From NCBI GenBank assembly GCA_965644295.1, contig CBFFRP010000354.1:124001-188000 (forward strand): a stretch of DNA of 64,000 nt. Reading direction: 5' to 3'. The position numbers were made by a program, and so were the translations under genes. Below the pieces are notes generated by a model. It was not told the DNA's origin. It saw only the letters and a list, made by a program, of their open reading frames with translations, and did not search any database. Source of the DNA: Paraphysomonas bandaiensis (taxonomy: Eukaryota; Protista; Chrysophyceae). Positions 37,666 to 51,309 of the stretch are shown here, one piece after another (position 1 is the stretch's first letter; each line of letters opens with the position of its first letter).

Positions 37666-38166
37666 GATTGCAATATATTTACTTGTTAACTAGAAGTTGT
37701 ATGAATGGTATTGCACAAGCCACACTATGACTGTATATTATGGTTAAGACACTGCAAAACTGTGCAATCCAATTCTACAAAACACTTGTGTGTGTTGCCT
37801 GCCACATTGCAGATTGTTTTTTTTTCTCATAGAATGATCTTCAACGGACTTTTCAGTTTTCATACTTTTAGTGTACAATTTTGAGGAGAGTATGTAAGTG
37901 CACGGTATTTGTAGGTATACTTATACTACAGAGTACCAGTAGCATTGTGAAAAGATATACATACGACAAGACACCCTTCAGAATATCGATTTTTTATCGC
38001 GATATATCGCGAGTAAAGGAACTTTAACTATAAAAACTGAAAAAAGTTACGTTTCAAGATACGTCCTCGCTAAGATACCTTTGGAGTGTTGCACTTCATT
38101 ATTATAAAGCCGATCCAGTCACATTATTCTACATATTATCTTTACAGAAGTTATTACAGTTTAAGA

Positions 38167-39736
38167 ATGCCTGGACAAGAGCTCGACGTTGGTTTGTATG
38201 GATTGGCTGTCATGGGACAGAACTTTGCCCTTAACATGGCTTCACATGGGTTCTCCGTTGCTGTTTGCAACAGAAGCCCTGGAAAGGTATAGCGTGGATA
38301 TACATACCCAACGTACTTAATGATTTGCAGGTGGATACCACTGTTGAACGTGCTGCTGCGGAAGGAAACCTTCCTTTATATGGGTACAAGGATGTTAAGT
38401 CCTTTGCAGCTGCTTTAAAGAAGCCGAGAAAGGTGATCATTCTCGTGCAGGCAGGTCAGGCTGTGGATGATACGATTGACCTTCTCTCCACAGAGTTTGA
38501 GGTATACTTCTGTATTATAAATGGTTGTTATATCATTTTAACATAATACTGTAGAGTGGTGACCTTATTATCGATGGAGGTAATGAGTGGTTCCCGAACT
38601 CTGTTCGCCGAGCAGAAATGCTTTCCGCCAAGGGTATTCACTTCATTGGTATGGGAATATCTGGCGGTGAAGAAGGTGCTCGCAATGGCCCATCTCTGAT
38701 GCCAGGTGGACCGAAAGAAGCTTTCGATATGATAGAGCCCATCCTGACGAAGTGTGCGGCTCAGGTCGACGATGGGCCTTGTACAACCTACATCGGTCCA
38801 GTAGGATCGGGGAACTATGTGAAAATGGTCCATAACGGTGTTGAGTACGGCGATATGCAACTTATTGCTGAGGTTTATGACATTCTGAAGCATGCTGCTG
38901 GTCTGAGCAACGAAGAGATCTCTCAGACTTTTAATGACTGGAATAGCAGCGAACTTGAGAGTTTCCTTATCGAGATCACTGCTGTCATCATGAGCAAACA
39001 GGATGATGTGACAGGGTCGGGATATGTGGTGGACAAAATATTAGACAAGACAGGTATGAAGGGTACTGGTCGATGGACTGTGCAGGAGGCTGCTGAGCGT
39101 AGTACTCCAGCACCTACTATGGCTGCAGCTCTAGACATGCGGTACATGTCAGGGCGCAAAGACGAGCGCGTGGCTGCGGCTGGAATCCTCAGGGGTCCTA
39201 CGGAAATTCCGAACGTAGAAAGATCGCAAATCATTGAGGACGCCAAACACGCCCTGTACGCTGCCAAGATTTGCTCATACGCGCAGGGAATGTGCCTTAT
39301 CAAGGCTGCTTCTGATCAAATGGGCTGGGACGTGGATCTCGGAGAGTGTGCACGAATATGGAAGGGCGGATGCATCATTCGTGCAGGATTTCTGGATCGC
39401 ATTCGGGCGGCTTATGTCAGAGATGCAGACCTTCCTAATCTCCTGGTTGATCCCGATTTTGCTGCGGAGTTGAATCGCCGACAGAGTTCATGGCGTCGCA
39501 TCGTGTCTCTGTGCATCGCAAGTGGAATCTCCTGTCCTTCTCTTGCGTCATCTATCACGTATTTTGATGCATACCGCAGAGAGCGACTCCCTGCTAACCT
39601 CACTCAAGCTCAGAGAGATTTCTTTGGGGGACACTCTTACGAGCGCACTGATCGCCCCGGCAATTTCCATTCTATCTGGACTGATGCTCACAAAGACATC
39701 GGAAATGTTGCTGAACGCAATGCGGGCAATGTGTAG
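38167..39736 (+). CDS. gnd: 6-phosphogluconate dehydrogenase, decarboxylating
   Basis: GLYGLAVMGQN, IDGGNEW, GISGGEEGARNGPSLMPGG, VKMVHNGVEYGDMQ, WKGGCIIRA, QAQRDFFGGH. Confidence 0.98.
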
Positions 39737-40139
39737 TTTATTACGCATACTGTAATGAAACAAATTCATGGAGAATCGTTAAAAGCGGTTTAGTTTTCAC
39801 GTTATTATTCGAAACGGTACTCGTGTGTCCATTTAAAGGCTATAAGAATGAAAGTATTTGTTTTCTTCATACCGAATTTGCATTGTACATTGTACACCTC
39901 ACAATATATATGACAAACTGGCAAACTATTAATAAATGCGTCCTAGAAGAATACTGACCCCCTATGATAGTCTGTGTCATACTACCTTCTAGAATATATA
40001 GTAGATAGAAGTAGCAACCCACGCTGCGGCACTACCATTAACGGTTACCAGACCCTGCGCTGTGGGCATAGTTTCATAGATTGTTGTCATTGTGCTACAT
40101 GTCATAAAATTATTAACCAGAACTATATACATTTAGATC

Positions 40140-40272
40140 ATTAGCTTTGTTTCTCTCTAGTGTATTCATGGGTCCTATTTTCCGACAACTAGCGTTTCCA
40201 TGTTTCCATGACGGAATGCCGGAATACCCTGCCCAGATTACCACGAAAAGGTGAAAGTCCGACTTTGTTTTA
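40140..40272 (-). mobile_element. Degenerate family 2 head copy (left boundary uncertain)
   Basis: Reverse complement reads aacaaagtcggactttcaccttttcgtggtaatctggg, matching the family 2 head. Confidence 0.6.
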
Positions 40273-40407
40273 TTACATAAAAGATATTTCCATAGGATTA
40301 AGTAATATGTTGTGTGACACTGATACAACAGACAATCAATATTAGAGGAAAACAATCAATGTTTTGACATTGATTTTAATAAAAACAAGTTGTTTTTCTG
40401 TTGTGCA

Positions 40408-40922
40408 CCCTCAACAAAGTCGGACTCGCACCTTTTCGTGGTGTTCTGGGGGATAAGTACCGGATAGATTCGCTCTGGGAAACTAACGTGAGCCGCAAAC
40501 ATAGTCAACAGATATTATTCTGCCCACTCATAGCCGAATGCTTGTGTGGTACAAGGGACACCAATAAGTGTCACTTGTGTAGACGTCTTTTGGCCCTGAC
40601 GAATAAACAGGCATCCGGGAATGGGCCTACCTCAAGGGCATCTGGAACAGGGCCCACCTGAAGGGTAACCGGGGTAGGGCTGCCTGCTGAAGTCAAGCAT
40701 CCGGGATGTTCACCTTAAGAACTCAGAGCGGAAGTGGTCGCACCTTGGTGCTTGGGGCGACGCACAAGCAGCTTTCGTAGCATTAAATAGTAGGATAAAC
40801 AAAGTGTGTACTGATTAGTTACGGGTAGAGGTCTAACTAATTTGACTAGCATTCATCTAGCTACTAGGTTTTTAACGCCTGTCTATAATAATAATTTAAC
40901 GCTAATAATAAGACTGTCTATA
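40408..40922 (+). mobile_element. SINE-like non-coding element, family 2 (distinct head + shared 3' module)
   Basis: Head ctcaacaaagtcggactcgcaccttttcgtggtg is shared with 41166-41494. 3' module at 40725-40915. Candidate TSD TGTTGTGCA at 40399-40407 and 40923-40931. Confidence 0.85.
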
Positions 40923-41165
40923 TGTTGTGCAGTCGGGGATATGTCTGACAATGACGCTCATGTTAAACGGCGAGTAACAGAAGATATAATATTCCGAGTA
41001 GGGGAAATACCAAACCTGGTAAAATGAATAAAACCTGATAAAAGTTTTGATAATCTGGTCGGAATATGGGCATTACCATGTCATGTACTTGGAACAATAG
41101 TTTTAAGACTATTTACTATTTACCAACAATATATATTATATAAAAGTTAGAGACCACACATATAA

Positions 41166-41494
41166 AATGCTTGTGCGTCACCGCAAGCACCAAGTAGCAA
41201 CCGCTTTTGCTCTCTGTCCTTAAGGTGAGCAGCTCGGATGCTACATTTCAGTATAGGCAGCCCAATACCCCGGATGCCTGTTAATTCGTCAAGGCCCAAA
41301 CACGTCTACATAAGTGACACGAATTGGCGTCCCTTGTACCACACAAGTATTAAGCTATGAGTGGGCAGAGCAGTATCTGCTGACTATATATATAATATGT
41401 GGCTCCAGTTAGTTTCCCAGAGAAATATCTCCGGTACTTAACCCCAAAACCCAGAACACCACGAAAAGGTGCGAGTCCGGCTTTGTTGAGGTGA
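41166..41494 (-). mobile_element. SINE-like element, family 2, second copy truncated within the 3' module
   Basis: Colinear inverted homology to 40406-40770, ending just after the GNRA hairpin. Confidence 0.85.
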
Positions 41495-42040
41495 TCTAAT
41501 AATATTTCATCAAATATACCTTGAATAAACACGCTATATTAGTGTTTAGTTTCTAATCATTTAGGGATAATACATTACTATACTGCAACGTTCTACATGC
41601 ATTGACAATATATTGATAGCGTATATTATTATGTGAGCAGCAATATGCAATATATATTGCGGGTTAATGTTGAGCTGTGCAATCACCATTTTGCATGCAA
41701 ACTATTTCCTATATTCATGGAAGTAGGCAGTAAACAACAATGCTCTATTGCCGAATATCGTTCGAAGTGCACAAAATAGTACTATTTACATACCGCTCCC
41801 CACCCATGGAGTTAATATTCCACAGGAATATCAATATACAGTTATTAATAAACGGTTTAAGCAATCTAAAATTATAATTTTGGTTTAAGTCATCATCCAC
41901 TACTGGCTATCAAGTATCAATGACATACTAGCATTTATTATAACTTGAGGAAGCTACATTTAGCTGGTGATTGCACGTTCTGTTTCCTTCAGTGCCTATA
42001 ACATAGGGAACTACACTTAAATAAAAATTTCCAACTTGTA

Positions 42041-43654
42041 CTATGCTTTTATTACCTCCGAGGCAGCTGCTATGGCTGCTATCCAGTCGTCCTTTTCGTT
42101 TTCACCTACGGTGACCCCGAGCAATGCGTAAGCCAGGGGCCCCCAAACTGCAAAGGAATCCCGGGGAGGATTCTCATCTGTAGAGAAATTGGGCTGGTGT
42201 TTGTCGATGTACACTGTCTAATCAGAATTCAGAAGTGCTTCATAAAGAAAATAAAAAAATACCTTTAGAGGAATGACAGTAGCAATCGGCTGCTCCACTT
42301 CGGTCACATGACACCCAGATTCTGTTGCAGAGGAAGGAGGGAGCGGCAGTTGAGATGCATGTGATATGTAGAAGGCGTCCTTTGTCAGAACACATAATCT
42401 TTCGGTCCATATCCGCGTAGAGGGATGCTTAAACAAGAGTCGTCCTTTCTTCAAGCATGCCGCTGCCGTCTCATCTATCGCATCTGCCGATTGCCCATCT
42501 TCTCGAAGAATAGCACCAGATAAAAAGGAGGCCAGCATACTGGCCACGTCCTCCTCCAAAGGGGTACACTCCTCCACTCTGCTCCCAATCGGTCCAGGTT
42601 CCGATATACAAGTTGGAAGGGTATGACGGGCAATCTCACCTCGAATAGCTTCGACAAACTGTAATCGTTCCACTTCCGTTTCACATCGAAATAGGAACCT
42701 GCAAGCGTAAAGCCACAGAAAGGGGGGAGGACAAGTGAGTTCAAGTCGAAAGCACGTTAGATATGACTCACTTTCTGCCGCGATGTTCCCCTTCAAGTGG
42801 GGTGGGAATACTAAAAACGAAGCCAGAACCACTATCTGTCGAACTAGTCTACATATATTATCGTATTGAATAATTCATAAGTAGGGACAATAGTGGACCT
42901 ATACCTCCAAGAGAGGGAACTCTTGTCCGGGCACCTTCAAATCTATAGATCCTAGAATAGGCGAATCAGGGGTCTTCGAATACGTGATTATTCCGTCCTC
43001 CCTAATAGTAAGGTTGCGTCGCTGCCACGCGTGAAAGAGTGCCGTATCCTTCCCGCCCAACTTGCTAACTATCCCGCTCTTCACTACAGAGCCTTCGCCA
43101 TTAAGGGCACCACTCACAGATGAAGCACGCGGTACTACCATGAAAGACTTGAGTTGATATTTTCGGGTTATAAAATGTCGTCTAATAAAAGGAACTCCAG
43201 GGTAATCTTGTGGACGTATCGCCCCTATCGCCGCATTCCCCCCTTCCCACACTCTATTGAAAGCAGCGTTTCCCACAGAGCACATAAACTGCAGCAACTC
43301 TCCTTGCCAGCATTCAACATCTAAATCTAGTGATCTCACTTTAGAAATATGAGTTCCAAGTGATCTGTGAACACCAGAGCACTCTAAACACATTAAAATT
43401 CCAAGATTGATTGAAGCCCATTCAGGATCTATAAATACAATCATATATTAAATAAAACAATTCTAATAGTCAATAAAACTAACTACATTAAAGAGTATTA
43501 ATAATAATATATAAATAATTGCAATGAAAGGGATATATTGCTGTTACAGGATTCTAATTATTATACCTGGAGCCTTGCAGTCAACACATACATTATTACC
43601 AGGAACACTTCTGAGTTTTTCAACCCCAATATGACTATTTTGAGATGTACTCAT
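42041..43654 (-). CDS. ArfGAP with two PH domains (centaurin-alpha/ADAP-like)
   Basis: [38 protein letters not shown] motifs [10 protein letters not shown]...WQRR and KKGRLLFK...WTER, ending DWIAAI. Confidence 0.9.
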
Positions 43655-43988
43655 GGTGAGTTACACCAATTAATTATGGTGAGAAACCAGTGTATTGCAA
43701 CTGGGCTAGGTAAGATATTAACAACTAGTGCTGTACATAAGTATACCATATAGCTCCATATCTACCCAACAGTTAAACCTCGAGACCTCTGTGCGTGTGT
43801 TTGACATGTGATTGGTATACCAGTGCAGTATACCGCTATACAGCAGTAGATTGCACTGCTGTACAAGAGGCTGCAGCACAATTCTAGAATAGTTATACGT
43901 AATGTATTCCTTGGTATACAGGAGCAGTATTTATTACATTGTAATATGTACAATCCCTCATGTCTACGAAGATGTACTGCTTTAGATG

Positions 43989-44085
43989 TACATACATACA
44001 TACATACATACATACATACATACATACATACATACATACATACATACATACATACATACATACATACATACATACATACATACAT
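43989..44085. repeat. Perfect (CATA)n microsatellite, ~24 units
   Basis: Directly visible. Confidence 0.98.
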
Positions 44086-44173
44086 GTCGTTGTTTCTATC
44101 AATGTCTCCACAATACAATCAAGTACCTATAAACACCTCAACTTTATTATATAGTGAACAATATATCTTACCA

Positions 44174-45482
44174 ATGGATACTCTAGAGCATTTGTTTACT
44201 GAATCGAACTCTTTGTTTAACAAGTTATCGTCCGGATGCTCTGCAGATGATGACCTCAGAATCCGCGCCATACAAGTCACTGAAGAAACCATTTCAGAAG
44301 TAAATAAGCATGGCTTAATGTCTAAAAACGAAGAACTAGATGATTATTCTACGAATTCAATCAAGTATTTGTATCTTGAGTACTACTTAGCGGTAGCATT
44401 GTCCAAGTGTGTGGATATGGAGTCTCGACTTGCAAGTTTGAAAGCTGCAAAAAACCACATGTCAAATTTTCTTGAAACCTGTACATTACTTGGTATTCTA
44501 CACGAAGACGAGGCTAAATTTGTGGCGGATTATAGCGTAAGTTTATAGCATATGAATTCCTTTTCTATGGTTACATTCCACCTCAGGAGAATAGAGTTAG
44601 TGCAGATATGCGGAGGCGAATGAAAATAGAAAAATACAAACGCCGAAAAGCAAACAAGGAAAGATTCGAGGTGCCAGAGTAGTGTGTTTTGCTGGCATCA
44701 TAACTTTGATTCTTAGAGTCTTCAAAGACTTTTGCTAATCACGAAAGACGATGTTGACATTGATCACGAGGAGGAAGCCAGAGAGACTGCTATATTACAA
44801 CTAAAGATGTATGCGCAGGATTGTATTGATGAAATTGAGCTTTTAGATGCGGTACTGTTTACTTTGGCATTATTTTTTATTTATAATTTATTGATCAGGA
44901 AATCCAAATGTTGGAACATCGCAACACAATAGCAGATTCAGCTTCCTCAAGTGGTCCTCAGTCAGCAGAAGGGGTAGATAAACAAAAGCCCCCTGCACCA
45001 GGCCAGGGACCGGGAATTGAAGTCATGCGCCTATCCCGATTGGGTGGGGAGGTAGTTTCAACACGGGAGACAGTGAGGGGGACTGTATTTCGGGAACGTA
45101 TCGCACCACCAACAATGACACTGGAGGAGTTCGCAGATAAAGAATTAGCTGACGCGAGGGCTCGTGAGGAGCGTGAGAGGGAGGCTCAGGGCTCGGATTC
45201 CGCTGGAAGGTACACACTGAGTAACTTTTGTCTCGTGCTTTTGTGCCCTCATTAATGCTCCACCTTTGTAGGAGATACAACCAGTTGGTAGCTGATGGAG
45301 ATGAAGACATAGCACAGTTAGTTGATGAGGTTAGTCCTTTGTTATGGTCCTTACGAAAGCTCATTGATTGTTATACTTATTGATTGTTTTGCTATCAGGC
45401 AACCATGAAGGATCGTGAGTGGGACGACTGGAAAGATGAAAACCCTAGAGGCATAGGAAATAAAATGGGGAAACGATTTTAG
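44174..45482 (+). CDS. IGBP1: TAP42/alpha4 (PP2A-associated) protein
   Basis: LMSKNEELDDYSTNSIKYL, RRMKIEKYK, PTMTLEEFA, DREWDDWKDENPRGIGN. Confidence 0.93.
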
Positions 45483-46844
45483 CTCTCTGATTCACATAGT
45501 ATTCTTATACAGTATTCCATTTTTTTTATTACTTCATAATATACTAAAATAAAAAAGTGGAAAGAGCTTTTCATGTGTCATAAGCTCTGTCAACCGCGAA
45601 CTATGTATAAGTCAATAAAGTAGTACGGCTAACAATTCTAGTATTGATGTAATTGCTGTAACCTAGCTATACCTCTTTCTCAAATAGAAACAATATTCAT
45701 CTCAGTTATCTAACTGCGTTGTACTGATGATTAGAAGTGATTCACCACACCACAGCCAAAACATCTCGTATATAAAAACGAAAAACTTGAGCTGTATGTT
45801 GAATATCTCATATTCAAAATATACCCTGTATGGCGCCTTGCTATGTATTATAAAAGAGTCGTCAACGAAATAAAAATTGTCTGATAGAGTCTCAAACGGA
45901 CTTTCAATCATATCGTCGACTATAAAAGCGTTACATATAGAATGATGAACCACTATTACTTACTCAGTTTATGAGAAAGCGATGGTATGCTATACACTAT
46001 ACACAGCGTCCCAGGTACTAAAAGAGCTCAGAATACAAAAACCAAACTCGAAACCACAGCTTCTTACAAGCTGTAAGTCTAGGAGCCGATAAAAATTAAT
46101 GTGAAACCATTCCCGTAGCTGATTTCGGAAATAGTGACGCTATATCATGCGGAAGCCTTGAACTTCTTGGGCACCACAGCAAGACATCGTTCTACAAGGA
46201 TAACTTAAGGTAAGTACCAATAAATATCATGCATTTATTACGATGTTGGCACGAATGGTAGTCGTAGTACGTCCTCAGTAAAAAGTTTATTTCACTATTC
46301 TGTACGTATCCTGGCCTCTCACAGGGTGGTCTAATGCCGCGTCTGGAGGGAGGTCGAGTTCCTGCTGATCAGAAACATAACATTCTTCGAGTCATAATCA
46401 TATATGGTGAAAGATGTGAAATCAATGGATTATATTTTGTCCCTTAGCGAACACAGGAAGCCTAATAATGACACCACTACTTATCTGAGAACAAGTATAC
46501 TGTACTATGGTAGCTATATATATATAGATATCTTCGTATCTACTCCAGGCAGGAGATGATATGTTTTATATTAGGATATTTTGTTTCACCTGAATCTAGA
46601 AACCCCCTAAAATATATCCAAAAAAACGAAAAGAATACGGAACAGGTTCGAAAACCTACAACAACACGACCATATACAAACCAAATACAGCAGTGGCCGG
46701 TATACGTATAGAGCAGTAGGAATCGTCTGTACGTTTGACATGTTCATATGAATCGTGTGTAATCTACTGACATAACCAAACTAACTACACACTACACGTG
46801 GATCATCAAGCATAACATATCTTGTCTAAGTATCTCTATAAACT

Positions 46845-47024
46845 ATGGATGACGATGGTGAAAAAAGGCTTAAGGAAGTACTTCCAAAAACAGGTTTGGT
46901 TTACTCTGAACGGGGGGCTCTGAGTGAGGTCTTATGTAAGCCGAAAATAATTCCATTAAAGAGCGCAGTACTTGAAAAGCTTCAAAAAATTGAAGGTGAA
47001 AATGAAGATGCTGAGAATAATTGA
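46845..47024 (+). CDS. BBIP1: BBSome-interacting protein 1 (BBS18), 59 aa, absent from the ORF track
   Basis: MDDDGEKRLKEVLPKTGLVYSERGALSEVLCKPKIIPLKSAVLEKLQK matches the BBIP1 signature EVLPKxG...VLCKPKxxPLKS..LEKL. Confidence 0.9.
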   Translation: MDDDGEKRLKEVLPKTGLVYSERGALSEVLCKPKIIPLKSAVLEKLQKIEGENEDAENN

Positions 47025-47657
47025 TTTAGTATTAAAGATAATGCATGTATGATTTGTGGTAGCTCTGTTTTGTAACAATAAAAAATATATTGGGGCACAC
47101 ACTCTAATAGCACTGTCGTGTCTTTTTATGCCGTTCATAATAAGAGCAGACAAATGCTTGTTATTAAATTTTTTTGAATGTGGTAGCTTTGCTAACTCGA
47201 AATCAAGAGAGTGAATATATACGCAAGTTCTTTATATCTTAGTATGGAGGCAGTATGATAGTTCAGCGATTATTAATTTTGTCTCTAGTAGTGTTGAATT
47301 ATTCACATTTGGGCCCTGCTATCTTCACTGTAGAAGTAGTTGCATATTTAATATTGGATACGTAAATGACGTACTAGCATGAGAGTACTGAACAACTTTG
47401 TAGGCATTATCTTATTCAATTAAACAAAGAAGTACTAAAATAATCGCTCAGTCATATAAGTAACAAATAGAACTACTCACGTTACAGACTTAGTAATAGT
47501 AAAGTTGTCATGAGTATCATCCTTGATACGACTCCTATTAGAAATACACTAATAGTGAAAAATACCATGACCATATATAAAACAATACACAATATATTAT
47601 ATGAGCGAGCACAGGCTTGTTTCTATACGGATCTACTTTATTATTATTTCACTTAAA

Positions 47658-50465
47658 CTAAGAAACCGGGGTGTGTGGGACACATAAAACAACAACTGGG
47701 AGTGGAATCCCACTATCACAGTTATGAAACGGTGCTATCAGGCTGAATGGTTTAATCACACATACATATACATTATACGAAGTTGTTCCCATGCATAATT
47801 CATGGACGGTATGACTGAAGCTATCAGGTATGCAGACTGCAAGTTCATTCGCTCTACTTGTCCCAAGGAGTATGGCATCAACGCAAGTTGAATCATTTTC
47901 TATTTGAAACTTCCCATTTGAAGCTATAAGTATATTATCCAGTACAAAATGGCACTCCCCACTGGGAACAAAATTTTTTGTGTTCAATTTTAGTTGCTCC
48001 ACACATTTTGTTGTCACACGGTGGTTGAATATGCAAAATGCATGCACACCGTCATGTGGAAGTACACGTCCATGAGAACGTAGTTGTACTCCATCCCAAC
48101 GTATTATTGCTTCAATCCTGTGGTGTATACAAGATTAATAGGACGAAAATATCACTAACATATGTACATACCTATTATGCAAAGTACTGTGACATAGGCT
48201 GTTGATAGCAATGTTATCTAACTCAACGCATAAAGGTACAGGCATGTCCAAAACGGAAGAGATTCGAGATAATGAGGCAGAAAAAGACCCCAATAAACAC
48301 ACTCCTGATTCATCCTGCTCACAGTAGGAGTCACATGCAGACACTTGGTATATACGAACTGTATCTACAGATATAACTGCAGTAGTACACTCAGGAGAAG
48401 GAGGTGCTCTAATAACGTGGCTCAATATCAATGACATCGGAAAGTCATATACTATTTCCACCCACTGAAGAGATTCGTACTCATTTATACGTTGGTTTGG
48501 AGAAGATTGGTAACGGCCTGACGCCGTCTTCAAAGGTCCTAACACAGACCTCTGTCCTTTGTTAAATACAAAAGTTGATTCATCACATGCTTCCAATTTT
48601 GCGGACGCTGTGTCTTCTCGTAATATTACTTCAACTTGAAGAGATCGAGTTCCAGAGTCGGCTACCTTTCCCTCGCAGTTCGATGTTTCAAACTCTAGTA
48701 CTATATGCACCGTCAACTGAAACATGTACTTAGAATCGCAAGCTTGAATTACTTTCACTGTAAGAACACTATCATAAATGTTATCCATTGGTTGAAATGA
48801 TGTCATATCAACTGGAATTTGAACAAAGGCATTTGCGCTGCGTGTAAACAAGAGGCATCCCGTACCCTCCCACCCTGTATCATCACAGAGTGATATACCT
48901 CCCCTATCGTTATCACAAATTATCCAGCCCATGTCCTGCATTGAGAGATCGTAAAAAGGGGCTGTGTATTGAACAACTTCTGCAGATGGAATATCCTCAC
49001 ATTGTGTCTGTCCAGGTTGCAGACTTACAGAGGACCAGTGTGAGTGCGGGACGCCATTTACAAAGATACATACACCTGACGACGAAGAAAACAGAGTACT
49101 GTAGTAAATGTATGAAAGACTACTACTAGGACTCTTAGAGGTTTGGGTTTTAGTCCCGGCCAGCCAAGCGTCACGTATCAGGTTCCAAAAGCGAAGACTC
49201 TTATCATAAAAAGCTTTCCGAATAGCTCGATATCTGGACCGTAAGACATAAGAAAAAAACGACAGTAAGTTTACGAAGCACCTTCGACAACTGGTTTGAA
49301 GTAGTGGCTTATTACAACAGGTTTCGTCCGCTTCATCGTAACCAACCTGTGTCTCCAAAATCCAGCCAGGAGCAAATATTGCCACTGAAAATGAACAGCG
49401 TCTCGTTTCACCCGAACAGATGGTGTTGACGCTTGTTGTGCGTTCGAAACGAGGGAGAGATAAGCAATGGATAGCTTCACAGCAGTTAAAACCTCCCCCA
49501 CCAACACACCCACGACCGAACACATCAATTCCGTAGAAGATATCCTCGGGTCTGTCTGATGCTACAAGCATGGAGAGCAAATAGTAGTCATTTCACAGAG
49601 CAAGGAACAGTGGCAATTTAATTACCAGATAGTGCATCAATCGTAGATGAAAGAGACTCATTCTTCCAGGTATAGTTGATGAATATTCCATCACAGCAAT
49701 CGAAGAATGGCTTGTTCAATTGGGTTAAGCCGTCCTGCCACTGTAGCTCCCCTTCCATTGTCACTGCGTCATACCAAATGACCTCTGAAGTCTCCCCACA
49801 TGCCTCTCGCATCTTTTTTGTAAGAATGGATAAAAATATCAGTATATTTTTCACAAGTTCCGGATATGGCAGTGCGTTCTCGATGTTGATTAGCCATCCG
49901 TCCATGCCATTGTCCATCGCCACCGCAACTAGGGCATCAGCAGTAGCAATAGCCGTCTCAGGATTAGAAAATAGAGCCACGCAATTAGCGGTGCCTGTGT
50001 TTGCACTTCTTCATTACCTATAGTGACATAGTATACGAAAGATACCTGCATCCCACTCCGTTATGAACGTTCCAATCACAACCGCATCGTGCCTTCTACA
50101 TGTATTCACCCAAGCTTGCGGCACAATAGTGACCAAGTGGTGACTGAAATAGCAGTATATGTCGACAATATCCCAATCCATTATTTCGAATGCATTATGA
50201 TCATAAATGCTTCCATAATTATACCTGAGGAAACAAAACAGAGTTAGGCAGCAGACTGTATCATACATATATCACATCACCGATCACTGAGGTAGTTACC
50301 ACGCATATCATGACAAACAAGAAGCTGTCTCCTATCCCTTCTACGCCTATTCTGTCGTGATACAAACCGTTTGGTACTGTTTTTTGGTCTATAGCTTAAT
50401 AAATCTTCAACGGAATCTATTGGATTCGTTGTAAAGTTCTGACTAATGCAATCATTTAGTGACAT
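47658..50465 (-). CDS. ENGASE: Endo-beta-N-acetylglucosaminidase (GH85, cytosolic ENGase), multi-exon
   Basis: LLVCHDMRGNY, YFSHHLVT, GTFITEW, DGWLINIEN, WYDAVT, DGIFINYTW, GIDVFGRG, SVAIFAPGW. Confidence 0.93.
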
Positions 50466-50926
50466 GAACAGTGAAATATTGAAACAGTCAGATGAATGTG
50501 ATGATCGTGCTGATAAGTGTATCTAATAGCCCTGGTGCTGGGTGATATTATATATCCACGTACATGTACATGCATGCATCTATACCCACAGGAGACTGAT
50601 ATGCTTCCAACTCCGTCACTTCACTTTCATACTTATACACTTCTTAACACCCCACTAACCGGGTGTGGAGATCCGTATTACCGGGTATATACATACAAGA
50701 ATGAATATACAATGTATACTGATGTATTCTAGTATATTGTCTCATACACTCGTATCAGTAAGATGTCAACACAGTCATATGATGGCAATAAGCTACAAGC
50801 AATTCCAGTCCATGCAAACATATCTTGTGACCTCAACCCGCTCTAGACTATCTATATATGTAAACATACCCGTGGTGACAAGATTAAAGACACTGTGCAA
50901 TACTCACCATATTTAAGTGAAAGGAA

Positions 50927-51309
50927 ATGGAGTGGTTGTTAGATAGTAATGTGACAGATATATCAGCTGGGGGGACAGACAGAAGAATAAGCCCCAGTGC
51001 GATCATTACTATTGTTATATTTACTATAATAGCGTGTGGTATATTCTTTGGGGCTGTGTGTTTGCTTGTGAAAGGGAAGAATATCAGTGAGTTATTTGAA
51101 GATAAAATTGAGGATGGTGACTGTGACTGTATCGGTTTTTCGAATCATTCCGACGAATATTTTGGCGATGAGGTACACTTTTACTAATTATAAACGCTTG
51201 TGCTGATGGAATTTTATTACAGGTGCTAGTGAAACAGCAACAACGTTTTGGCGGGAGTATACAGGTTCCAACTATACATAGAAAGCTGAGTGCCAATCCT
51301 ATGGAATAG
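50927..51309 (+). CDS. Small single-pass membrane protein, probably two exons
   Basis: One strong TM segment AIITIVIFTIIACGIFFGAVCLLV. A putative intron at about 51173-51222 extends it to ...SANPME*. Confidence 0.55.

Noticed and set aside
45702-46560. Possible minus-strand gene fragments
   Set aside because: No recognisable motif and no consistent spliced frame could be built.
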